A DNA stretch of 64,000 bases from positions 96,001 through 160,000 of the IMG/VR virus record IMGVR_UViG_3300028887_000075, one strand, 5' to 3'. Made by a program: the position numbers and the translations under genes. Position 1 is the stretch's first letter, and every line of letters starts with the position of its first letter. The stretch is from a virus (Duplodnaviria; Caudoviricetes). Under the pieces are notes generated by a model. That model saw nothing but the letters and a program-made list of their open reading frames with translations, made no database searches and was not told where the DNA came from. This document shows positions 37,565 through 46,597 of this stretch, in pieces.

Positions 37565-40498
37565 ATGGAAACTATGGAATTGGCCTCGCCGGACAAGAAG
37601 TCCGACGAGCACAGGATGTGGTCGGCGATATACCACGACAGGGATACTGACAACCTGTTCCTCTGGTACGACGACGGGACGATGGAGCAGAAGCGCATCG
37701 TCAATACCTTCTACACCCCGAATCGGGGCGAGTTCGGCGCCATGCCGTGCGGAATGAAGGACATATACGGAAGGGAGATGTATGCCGTCCAGAGGCATAC
37801 CGCCCAGGAACAGGACATACGAAAGCGCTATATCGGACCCAATAACCACCTGGCCGAAATCGATATAGACCCGAGGGCCAGGTTCCTCCAGCAGCACTAT
37901 GCTAACACCGGCATGCTCAAGCCGGACATGAGCAAGATTAACATCTGCTTCCTCGATATAGAGGTGGAGACTACCGGTCGCTTCCCGATGGCCCACCGTG
38001 CCGAATACCCTATCAACTGCGTTACCATCTACTTTTCTGCTACCGACAACTACTTTACCTACGGTGTTGGACGTGACATTGAGGACTGGGTCAAGGAGAA
38101 GATGGCCAAGGAGAACTGCCAGTACGTGCTGTGCGAGTCCGAATCAGACCTGCTTACCCGATTATTTACCGAGATTGGCCGAAATGACGTAGCCATTCTC
38201 TCGGGGTGGAACTTCTCCTACGATACCACGTACATGGTCAACCGGGCCCAGAAGCTCGGTATCGACATCAAGCTCATGTCCCGTCTCCCGGCTCAGTTCA
38301 AGAAGGCCTGGGTCAACAACGACGGCGAGCTGCAGATTGCCGGAACGGAGGTCATCGACTTCCTCGCCCTCTACCGCAAGTACACCTTCTCCGAGCAGCC
38401 TTCCTACAAGCTTGACTACATCGGCGGGATGATTACCGGCGAGCACAAGGCTCCCCTTCCCGACGGATACAAGTCCTGGAAGAACTACTGGTCGCAATTT
38501 ATCTTTTATAACTGGCAGGACGTTCGCCTGCTCAAGATGATGGAGCTGGAAGTGAAGATGTTCCAGCTGTGCGTCACTGCTGCGGCGGAGGCCCACGTCC
38601 CGTTCTCCTTCGTGTTCGAGTCCAAGAAGATGCTGGTCGGCTTCGTTATGAACCACCTCCATAAGAACGGCATGGTGTTCCCGGCCTACCGCCAGCAGTC
38701 CAAGGAAGAGTATCCCGGTGCCTTCGTGTATTCAATCCCCGGTTTCTACAAGTGGCTCGTGTCGTATGACTACCGCTCGCTGTATCCGTCCATAATGATG
38801 ACGTTCAATACCTCGCCGGAGACCAAGGTCACCAAGCCGATGGACTACATCATGACCGAGGAGGAACGCGCCACGCTCATTGAGAGCCCGTGGACGCACA
38901 ACGGCAGGTACAAGGTATACTTCCGGAAGGACAAGGAGGGCATCGTCCCCCAGGTAACAAGACTTCTATTTGATGGCCGTGCTAACCTGAAGAACAAGAT
39001 GAAGGCTGCGAAGAAGGCGGGCGACCACGAAATGACCGCCGTCTACGACATGATGCAGAAGGTGTACAAGGTGCTCGGAAACTCCCTGTACGGTCTGCTC
39101 GGTTCAAACTTCTTCCCGTTCTACGACGTGGACAATGCCGCATCCATTACCGCATTCGGCCGCAACCTCATCAAGTTCACCATCGAGCAGCTTGCCCACT
39201 ACCTCAACGAGGAGGTGGCCCACGACGAGCGCTTCATCAAGGCGTTCGGGTATGTCCCGGAAATCGACCAGTCCTTCCTGGGAACTACCATGGACGATGA
39301 CGGCCAGGTGCTGTTCAAGAGGATGTCCCACGGCGATACCGACTCGTTCTACTGCAAGGTGGGCGACCTGTTCGAGGAGTTCCGCAAGAAGCAGGGGACC
39401 GGTACGGAGGTCATCGTCTATACCGGACACGAGGAGACCGAGAGGTATTCCTTCGGCAATTCTCCCGAGGAGGAACTGGAGTCCCGCAAGTGCTTCAACC
39501 GCATGTGCAACAAGTACGCGCATGCCCAGTGGCATGACCCGGAGAACCGGGCGATAGACAAGAAGACCGGCCTTTCCAAGGTCAAGATTATGTTCCACGA
39601 CGGCATCGTGTGGGGTAAGGGCTGCAGGATTATATACAACCGGTACAGGCTCACCGACTTCTGCCGCATCATGGACGCCGTTATCCTAGAAGAGAAACTG
39701 GACGAGTTCATGCTCGCCTACGCCACCAAGTGGGGATATCTGACGAACGAGCTGTTCCTGAAGCGCGAGAAGTGCATCTACAAGGCAATCGTCACGGCAA
39801 AGAAGAAGTACATCTGCGAGGCGGAGTCCAACGAGGATATTGTCTACCTTGACAAGGAGCCGAAGAAGGACGAGCAGGGCAACGTTGTCGAAATCGGCTC
39901 GATGGAATTGACTCCCGACTTTGCCGTTACCGGCCTTGAAATCGTCCGCAGTTCCACCACGCTGTTCTCCCGCGAGCGCATGATGGACATGGTTAAGCTG
40001 ATGCTGAAGACCATGGACAAGGGCGTAGTGCGCGAGAGGCTTCTGGAAATCAAGCGCGAGTTCTTCCAGGCGGTCAAGGACGGCAAGTACTCCTACATCT
40101 CCATGCCTTCCGGCATGAAGGAGGAGCCCGTCCCGTATGCGATACAGTGCCACCTGCCAAAGGATGAACTCTCCAAGCTGGACTGGCGCCGCAGGGCGGC
40201 ATCCGTGTGGAACTACCTTATCGAGTTCGACCCTATCTTGTCCAAGGAGCCTTACGAGCCAATCGTTGCCGGTGAGAAGATGAAGTTCATCAAGAAGGCT
40301 GACGACGACTACGGCGTATCGATTATCTGTTACACCGGAGAGGAGTGCCCGCAGCGTCTCATTGACATGTTCCATATAGACTGGGACCAGCAGTGGAAGG
40401 TTTCCGTGGCCCAGATTCTGGGAAGACTGTTCGGAGCCGTGGGGTGGCCGGAAGAATTGGAATATGACGAGACCGACGCGATGCTCGAACTGATTTAG
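37565..40498 (+). CDS. family B DNA polymerase (gp43-like)
   Basis: Exo DIEV, GWN..YD, YN..DV; pol DYRSLYPS, KVLGNSLYG, HGDTDS, KKKY, GLEIVRSST. Confidence 0.96.
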   Translation: METMELASPDKKSDEHRMWSAIYHDRDTDNLFLWYDDGTMEQKRIVNTFYTPNRGEFGAMPCGMKDIYGREMYAVQRHTAQEQDIRKRYIGPNNHLAEIDIDPRARFLQQHYANTGMLKPDMSKINICFLDIEVETTGRFPMAHRAEYPINCVTIYFSATDNYFTYGVGRDIEDWVKEKMAKENCQYVLCESESDLLTRLFTEIGRNDVAILSGWNFSYDTTYMVNRAQKLGIDIKLMSRLPAQFKKAWVNNDGELQIAGTEVIDFLALYRKYTFSEQPSYKLDYIGGMITGEHKAPLPDGYKSWKNYWSQFIFYNWQDVRLLKMMELEVKMFQLCVTAAAEAHVPFSFVFESKKMLVGFVMNHLHKNGMVFPAYRQQSKEEYPGAFVYSIPGFYKWLVSYDYRSLYPSIMMTFNTSPETKVTKPMDYIMTEEERATLIESPWTHNGRYKVYFRKDKEGIVPQVTRLLFDGRANLKNKMKAAKKAGDHEMTAVYDMMQKVYKVLGNSLYGLLGSNFFPFYDVDNAASITAFGRNLIKFTIEQLAHYLNEEVAHDERFIKAFGYVPEIDQSFLGTTMDDDGQVLFKRMSHGDTDSFYCKVGDLFEEFRKKQGTGTEVIVYTGHEETERYSFGNSPEEELESRKCFNRMCNKYAHAQWHDPENRAIDKKTGLSKVKIMFHDGIVWGKGCRIIYNRYRLTDFCRIMDAVILEEKLDEFMLAYATKWGYLTNELFLKREKCIYKAIVTAKKKYICEAESNEDIVYLDKEPKKDEQGNVVEIGSMELTPDFAVTGLEIVRSSTTLFSRERMMDMVKLMLKTMDKGVVRERLLEIKREFFQAVKDGKYSYISMPSGMKEEPVPYAIQCHLPKDELSKLDWRRRAASVWNYLIEFDPILSKEPYEPIVAGEKMKFIKKADDDYGVSIICYTGEECPQRLIDMFHIDWDQQWKVSVAQILGRLFGAVGWPEELEYDETDAMLELI

Positions 40499-40506
40499 GA
40501 GATGTT

Positions 40507-41508
40507 ATGGCTGAATTCAAGGTAGAAGTGTTGAAGTACCCGACTGACGAGGACTGGCAGTGGGTGAAGAAACTCGCTCTAAATACGATGGGGAAGAATT
40601 ATTTGATGGACAAGGATATGTCTATCGAACTCAAGAAGAAGTACTTGACATCGGAGCATTCCCCCATCCGTTATCTGCGCTTTATCATCAGGATGGAAAT
40701 TCCCTATTGTAACTCGGTGCATTTCGTCCGTCACAAGCTCGGCGTGGAGCATTTCGTGCAGTCACAGCGGAATGACCGGCAGGACAACTATGACCGGACG
40801 AAGGCACCACAGGACGCCCCGGTGTCGCACATGATGGTAGTCAACGCACAGGAACTGATGTTCATGGCAAGGAAGCGCCTGTGCGGGAAAGCCGATATCG
40901 ATACGCAGAAGATTATGCGTGCCATAGTGAGGGAAGTGCTGAAGACCAACCCTGAATTCAAGGATGTTCTTGTGCCCCAGTGCCAGTACCTCCACGCATG
41001 CCCCGAGTTCGTATCGTGCGGCAGATGGATTAAGTCGGACAGTTCGCTTGAGGGTGTACTGGACCTGCGCGGCCTATATGAGCCGACTTGCTTTGCTCGG
41101 CTGGATGCCTACGACATTTCCCGGATAGAGGACAAGGTAAAGGAAGCGACCGATGTATCTAACCTGACCACGTTTGGCCCGGATGCGACCTGGCGACGCC
41201 GAGAAATATGCATGCTGGAGATATTCCTGGATATCTCCCGGTGGCTAAATGAGGATTCCGACGTTGAGATTCTCGACGAAGATGTGGTACTACAGGACAA
41301 CAACCGGCTTTATATTACAGCCACCTGCATGAACAATAAGAAGACTGTCAAGATGGAAGTGGCTACCCTTAGTCTGTTACATGATATGAATACCGGTGGA
41401 GTCAACTGGATACTTAATTCAGGAGACCGGACCTTGTTCACTGCGGAGAACTGTGCCAAGATGATGAGGAGATTCTTGGAGTCCTTGCCGTGGAAACCTT
41501 CGAAGTAG
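40507..41508 (+). CDS. thyX: ThyX-like flavin-dependent thymidylate synthase with C-terminal extension
   Basis: EHSPIR, HFVRH.......SQR and RKRLC motifs. Confidence 0.82.
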   Translation: MAEFKVEVLKYPTDEDWQWVKKLALNTMGKNYLMDKDMSIELKKKYLTSEHSPIRYLRFIIRMEIPYCNSVHFVRHKLGVEHFVQSQRNDRQDNYDRTKAPQDAPVSHMMVVNAQELMFMARKRLCGKADIDTQKIMRAIVREVLKTNPEFKDVLVPQCQYLHACPEFVSCGRWIKSDSSLEGVLDLRGLYEPTCFARLDAYDISRIEDKVKEATDVSNLTTFGPDATWRRREICMLEIFLDISRWLNEDSDVEILDEDVVLQDNNRLYITATCMNNKKTVKMEVATLSLLHDMNTGGVNWILNSGDRTLFTAENCAKMMRRFLESLPWKPSK

Positions 41509-41539
41509 CAGGTCCCGGCAGCGAGACTACCGGCGAATC

Positions 41540-41893
41540 CTAGGACTCCCCGGACTGTGTCGAGGAGTTGACGTTTTCCGGACCGGTACCTCCCCACATT
41601 CCGAGGGAGGTCCTTCCCGGTGACACCACGCCCTTCCACTGTCCGAACCTGTTGGCATATGATTGTTTCATCAGCTTAGCCACTGTCTGGTCGCTGGGCA
41701 TTCCCTTGTACAGAGAAAGGTTGCCGTTAGGCACGATGCCCTGCTGGCAGGTTCCCGGCTGTGCGGCCACCTGCTTCACGTTGATGTCCGTGGCGGAGTT
41801 CTCGAATATCGACCGGTACAGGCCGGTGACCTTCCTTCTCAGTTCCGGGTCCTTCCTGGTGACACCCTCGATGAATTCAAGCATCGTATTCAT
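41540..41893 (-). CDS. small hypothetical protein (ATAAACT promoter class)
   Basis: ATG 7 nt after the reverse TATAAACT at 41901-41908. Confidence 0.65.
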   Translation of the reverse strand: MNTMLEFIEGVTRKDPELRRKVTGLYRSIFENSATDINVKQVAAQPGTCQQGIVPNGNLSLYKGMPSDQTVAKLMKQSYANRFGQWKGVVSPGRTSLGMWGGTGPENVNSSTQSGES

Positions 41894-41957
41894 AACCGGG
41901 AGTTTATATTGGATGCACCGGGTAAATTTGCTATATTTGCCGTAGAGGAATTTTGAT

Positions 41958-43031
41958 ATGCCGCAGGAAATCGACCTTATAACTGGAGAAGTGATAGAGA
42001 CCGCAGGAACCCCGGTAACTACGGGACAGGACGACCTTTGGCCGGAGAAATACCGCCCCAGGAAGCTGGAGGACTTCATCCTTCCCACGAAGCTGGAGAA
42101 CATGGTCCGTACGGCACTGCAGGTGAACTCGTTCAACAACTACATACTCTACTCGGGAGCACCGGGAACCGGGAAGACGAGCCTAGCCATGGCCATCCCT
42201 GAGATGCTCGGTGCCGAATCCAAGTTCCTCTACGCGAAGCGCGACTCCGAGATTCTCGAGGAGATTGACGAGAGCGCCACCTACCGGAGCCTGAACGGGC
42301 GTCCCAAGTTCTTCATCATCGACGAGGCGGACTACCCGTCCCAGCCGGACAGCTTCTACCGCAAGCTCCAGTCCTGCGTGGAGGCAACATCGTCCAACCT
42401 ACGCTTCATCCTTACTTGTAATGAGCTCTTCCGCATACCTGACGCAATCAAGTCAAGGTGTACCCCCATAGCGTTCGACCATCCCGGTGACGACCGTGAC
42501 CTCAAGAACCGCATGTTCAAGCGTCTCATGAAGATAGCGAAGATAGAGACCAAGCCGCTGAACGGGGAGGTATCCAAGGATACCGTAGTGGAAATCCTTA
42601 CTACCTGCTATCCGGACATGCGCATGATGATTAACGTGATGCACAATACGTTCCTGGAGAACTCCGGGAGCATCGTGGGGCATCCGAACATCGTCACCGA
42701 TGAACTGATATCCAATATATACAGGCTGACCATATCGATGGACCCGAGAAGGCTCCGTTACTACCTGTCCGCCAACGCGCACGACTTCAGGGGAGTCTAC
42801 ATCCCGTTCGGTAAGTACTTCATGGAAAGGATACCGGTACCTGCCGGTGGCACCGTGGACTACATGTACATCAAGTTCGCCTCCATGCTGGGGAAGGCAT
42901 ACCGCGCCAGCCTGACACAGGTGAACCAGGAGGTATCCCTGATGGAGTTCCTGTGCGACGTGATGGAACTCATCATGCAGTGCCAGATGGTCGGCAAGAT
43001 GCCGATGGATGCACCGCCGGAAAATACATAG
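41958..43031 (+). CDS. clamp loader AAA+ subunit (gp44/RFC-like)
   Basis: WPEKYRP, GAPGTGKT, IIDEAD, FILTCN, SRC and YPDMR motifs. Confidence 0.93.
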   Translation: MPQEIDLITGEVIETAGTPVTTGQDDLWPEKYRPRKLEDFILPTKLENMVRTALQVNSFNNYILYSGAPGTGKTSLAMAIPEMLGAESKFLYAKRDSEILEEIDESATYRSLNGRPKFFIIDEADYPSQPDSFYRKLQSCVEATSSNLRFILTCNELFRIPDAIKSRCTPIAFDHPGDDRDLKNRMFKRLMKIAKIETKPLNGEVSKDTVVEILTTCYPDMRMMINVMHNTFLENSGSIVGHPNIVTDELISNIYRLTISMDPRRLRYYLSANAHDFRGVYIPFGKYFMERIPVPAGGTVDYMYIKFASMLGKAYRASLTQVNQEVSLMEFLCDVMELIMQCQMVGKMPMDAPPENT

Positions 43032-43071
43032 ACTACGTAAACTTCAAACAACCGAAAGGTAAACCTAAATC

Positions 43072-43341
43072 ATGGTCGAACAGATAAAAGCTCGCTGCGA
43101 CAGCAACCTATTCAACAAATGGGGCGCCACTAACGACCCCAAAGACCTTACGGTCGGCAAGGAATACGATGTCGACTTCGTTCTAATCCACGGCAGTTAC
43201 ACACAGGTCTACCTCGTCGGTGACAACCGTGCCTACAACTCGGTCAACTTCTCCTTCTTCAACAAGGAAGGGAATGAAATCGACCTCATAGAGTACTTCA
43301 ACCACCAGCTCGGCATACACAAGTGCTGGCCGAGGAAGTAG
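43072..43341 (+). CDS. hypothetical protein
   Basis: LTVGKEY...YNSVNF. Confidence 0.65.
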   Translation: MVEQIKARCDSNLFNKWGATNDPKDLTVGKEYDVDFVLIHGSYTQVYLVGDNRAYNSVNFSFFNKEGNEIDLIEYFNHQLGIHKCWPRK

Positions 43342-43427
43342 AGCATGATGGTTTAGGTTTAACGGAGCTGTTATAATAAGAAATTAAAACTGGAAACCGC
43401 ACAGGCTTAGGTACCAAAGGAGAAGAA

Positions 43428-43679
43428 ATGTACATCGAAAAAATGACCGTAGGGGAACTCAGAAAGGCTCTCGAAGGCATCCCGGACGACTACTCGATTT
43501 CCCTTGAATCTGTCGAGGACGGAATATATGTCCCGAACGGCGAAGACCGCATCGGAACAACCTACAATAACAGCAGATACGAAATCAACTCTCGCATCAG
43601 CGAGCTTAAATCAGTTGACCGTGACGACGATTGTCGTGACGTAACCATCCAGATGTCCATAACATTGGAGGAGGTTTAA
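43428..43679 (+). CDS. hypothetical protein
   Basis: MTVGELRKALEGIPDD-type N-terminus, AAGGAG RBS. Confidence 0.7.
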   Translation: MYIEKMTVGELRKALEGIPDDYSISLESVEDGIYVPNGEDRIGTTYNNSRYEINSRISELKSVDRDDDCRDVTIQMSITLEEV

Positions 43680-43866
43680 GGTTTAATTGGGATTTCATTA
43701 CGAGGAGAAGGGGTCAGTAAAGATTCTCATGACAACGGAAACCAACCATATCCTCCCTAACCTTATCGTGCAGACTGTCTCGTTTTCCGAGTTTCGCTCG
43801 GAATACAAAAAACTGGCGAACTCAGTCATTCCCGACAAGTCCGCTTTCTAGGTTTAACGGGGAAAC

Positions 43867-44340
43867 ATGGATAATTCTGAATTATATAGGTCCGTATGTA
43901 AACTACGGATAGAGCATGCCAAGTTGAAAAAACACTTGGCATTTGAAAAAATCTGACTATAAAAAATATGAAGATTATATGCGGGAGCATTATTTTTGGA
44001 AGCATGTAGAAGAATACTGGCGCTCTAAATTATTAAGTTTTCTTAGTGTGATATCTATGAAATCAATTTTGCAAAAGGATGCCCAGCAACTATCCTCATA
44101 TTAAATGAAAATTGTTATAAACTATTGATAACTGTATAAAAAAATGTATATTTAATATAGTTATTGGTAGGAAACTCAATTATGAGAGCAAAATCCAGAA
44201 TGCAGTCTTCAGCAAGAACTATATACAAAAGTGCTATAATATTTACACTTTTGCATAGTTATATATAGTTTTTGTATTTTATGAGAATCATCCAGATGCG
44301 CTAATGCCTGATGATATCTTGCAAAAAACATTTCTATAGC
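43867..44340 (+). pseudogene. AT-rich decayed ORF(s)
   Basis: Protein-like reading continues across a one-base slip in the A6 run at ~43946-43951; further stops and shifts downstream. Confidence 0.35.
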
Positions 44341-44358
44341 AAGGAATTAAAAAAAAAT

Positions 44359-44529
44359 ATGTCCACATCGGCAATTGTACTTATCATCGCCATCTGCACC
44401 ATGGTGTGCATTCTTGTCTACTGCCATAAGACGCATTACATCCTTGGCGAAGAGGACGAGCTTGGCATATTCACTGGGCTTGTCGGATTCGTAATCTTCG
44501 TGTCGGCATTACTCACGCTATTCTGTTAA
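44359..44529 (+). CDS. small two-TM membrane protein
   Basis: AIVLIIAICTMVCILVY and IFTGLVGFVIFVSALLTLF. Confidence 0.6.
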   Translation: MSTSAIVLIIAICTMVCILVYCHKTHYILGEEDELGIFTGLVGFVIFVSALLTLFC

Positions 44530-44543
44530 CCGCTTCCGTCACG

Positions 44544-44604
44544 ACGGACAAGTCCGCTGGGGTGACGCGCGAAGCTGCCACCCTTTAGGGTGGCGGTAGT
44601 TCAC
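44544..44604 (+). mobile_element. isolated IS200/IS605 right end (omega-RNA-like 3' scaffold)
   Basis: About 60 nt homologous to 20233-20294, ending GAAGCTGCCACCCTTTAGGGTGGCGGTAGTTCAC. Confidence 0.75.
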
Positions 44605-44685
44605 ATATGAAAGTTTTTGCTATATTTGTGGAAAAAGACACCTATAGAATAGGTTATAGTATAACTGTTCAAATAGTGGATACTG

Positions 44686-45135
44686 ATGAGCATAAAATTT
44701 GACCCGTTCAGGTTCCTGGAGGAACGCCGGAACTGCCTGCCTGTCTCCGATATGGACAAGGTGGAGTTCCAGCTGTACAATGTCGTACAGGCAATCAGCA
44801 TGGACCCGAAGATGAGGAAGGTCGCCCACGAGCTGAACGAGCTGTCCTTCAGCCATCTCCCTAGGGATATCCAGGCGATGGCCATCCAGGGGCTCAACGG
44901 GGTGAGGATGGATACCCGGTGGTGCAGGGCGAAGACGTCGTCCCTGCAGGAACGGGACTCCCAGATAGACCACGCGATGAGGGTGCTGAAGATGCCCCAC
45001 CATGACGTGCTGGAGGCGAAGCGCTACGGGCTGATAAAGACCGAGGAGGTGGAGGACACCTACTTGCGTCTTTACGAGCCGGACAAGCTGCTGGCGAAGT
45101 ACTCCTCGAAGAAATCCACCAGGAGGAAAAAATGA
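44686..45135 (+). CDS. clamp loader small subunit (gp62-like)
   Basis: YNVVQAISMD...AHELN...LPRDIQ...WCRAK pattern; near gp44. Confidence 0.6.
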   Translation: MSIKFDPFRFLEERRNCLPVSDMDKVEFQLYNVVQAISMDPKMRKVAHELNELSFSHLPRDIQAMAIQGLNGVRMDTRWCRAKTSSLQERDSQIDHAMRVLKMPHHDVLEAKRYGLIKTEEVEDTYLRLYEPDKLLAKYSSKKSTRRKK

Positions 45136-45401
45136 GTTCCTTCTGGGTCGTTGTCCTTATTATAATGAGTGTAACTACCGGTGCGCTCGGCACCTGGCTG
45201 GTCATGATGTTCCGCAGGGGAGAGGTCAAGGTCGAGGCCGACCCGGGCCAGCTGTCGGTAATTCTGAAACTGCACGAACTTGAAACTTACCTGGAGGCAA
45301 GGGGTGACTACTACGAACAGGTCGCGAAAACAAGGGGAATGCCGAGGAAGGACAGGTACCCGTCGTACGAAGTCTGGAGAAGGCTCCGGAAAAGAACGTG
45401 A
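45132..45401 (+). CDS. small membrane-anchored protein
   Basis: N-terminal TM; ATGA overlap. Confidence 0.6.
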   Translation: MSSFWVVVLIIMSVTTGALGTWLVMMFRRGEVKVEADPGQLSVILKLHELETYLEARGDYYEQVAKTRGMPRKDRYPSYEVWRRLRKRT

Positions 45402-45590
45402 ACTCCCTCCCGAGGTCCGGTTCATGATGGAGAAGTTCGGGTTGGACGAGGAGAAGGCCGGGATGGCCATAAGGGACGGGTTCCGTGTAGGTGCACTGAT
45501 GGACGGGTCCGCGATGGACAGGTTCATGGACGACTCGGGCATAAACGCCCGGGTGAACAGGATGAAGAAGGAAACCGATATTAAGGAAGA

Positions 45591-46475
45591 TTAAATCATT
45601 CCACGGAGGGTCTCGAGGATGGCGTTATCGCCGTCCTCTCTTTCTTTTTCCTGGCAGTTGGCCTGGGCCACGCCGATGGCTGCGGTGACCTCCTTCTCGG
45701 GGGCTGCACCTGCATCCTTGGCGTCCTGCGTGTTCTGGGCTACCGTAAGGTCAATCTGCTTCTGTTCCTGCGGACTGGGCGGCTGGGCCGGTGTTCCGGC
45801 TGCCTGCGGGTTGACCTCTCCTTCCGGGGTAATCCCGGTCTGCTGGTCCACGGCCATGAGGTCGTTGTTAGATACCGGCATCTGCGGGGTGTTGTCTACC
45901 GGTGTCTCCTCGGTGGGGCTCTGGGAGAATTCCGCTAGCAGTTCCTCGAGGACCGGGTCCTCGCCCATGCCGTTGTCTCCGTTGGCGAACTCGATGAGGT
46001 AGTCCATGGCGGTCTTCCCGGCGGCATCCACGGCGAACCAGGCGTTTCCCTCTGCCTTGGAGTTGATGTCGTTCGGGCGGGTCATCTCGATGTAGGACAT
46101 GTTCTTGTCGAGCATCTTCTTTATGAAATCATAGTCTACCTGTTGGGTAAACTTGCCGGTAGCGGCAAAAACCAGGGCATGCAGCACGGTCTCACCGGCG
46201 GAATCGGTGCAGGTGAGCATCAGTGGGTCGATTTCCAAGAGGTCCTCGACGAGGTTGTCGGCCCACATGTGGAGGGTCGTTGTCCACTCGCCGTCACCCA
46301 GGTTGACCCGGCGGGTGAACTGCAGGGGGAACTGCCGGAGAGCCCGGCGGTTCTTCTCGGAAATCACCTCCAGCTTCTTGTTGACGATGTTCTGGATGCC
46401 CTCGATGAGCGCCAGTTCGTTCGGGTAGGCGTCCTTCAGCCCGTTAAGCCTGCTGTTGAATTCCCTCTTGTCCAT
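45591..46475 (-). CDS. ankyrin-like repeat protein with low-complexity tail
   Basis: DSAGETVLHAL and DAAGKTAMDY motifs. Confidence 0.65.
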   Translation of the reverse strand: MDKREFNSRLNGLKDAYPNELALIEGIQNIVNKKLEVISEKNRRALRQFPLQFTRRVNLGDGEWTTTLHMWADNLVEDLLEIDPLMLTCTDSAGETVLHALVFAATGKFTQQVDYDFIKKMLDKNMSYIEMTRPNDINSKAEGNAWFAVDAAGKTAMDYLIEFANGDNGMGEDPVLEELLAEFSQSPTEETPVDNTPQMPVSNNDLMAVDQQTGITPEGEVNPQAAGTPAQPPSPQEQKQIDLTVAQNTQDAKDAGAAPEKEVTAAIGVAQANCQEKEREDGDNAILETLRGMI

Positions 46476-46597
46476 GCTATTTACCCGTTAAAAGTGCCGT
46501 TTTCTGCAAGTTTATGATATCCGAGCCGAAAAACGGAGAAAAAATGTGACCACGGGATAAACTTCCGCCAGAATCAATATAACCATGAGGTATGATT

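Noticed and set aside
39350-39660. Intein in the DNA polymerase
   Set aside because: No C/S start, HN-C/S/T end or LAGLIDADG motifs
6500-41922. CTACCGGG/CCGGG upstream of several promoters as an operator
   Set aside because: Variable spacing, and CCGG is abundant throughout the window
43860-44350. Replication origin in the AT-rich gap
   Set aside because: No iterons; reads more like a frameshifted foreign gene
18066-44625. Self-targets for the three putative guides
   Set aside because: Only a 10 nt match noticed (ATGAAAATGG at ~13389), without an adjacent TTAC
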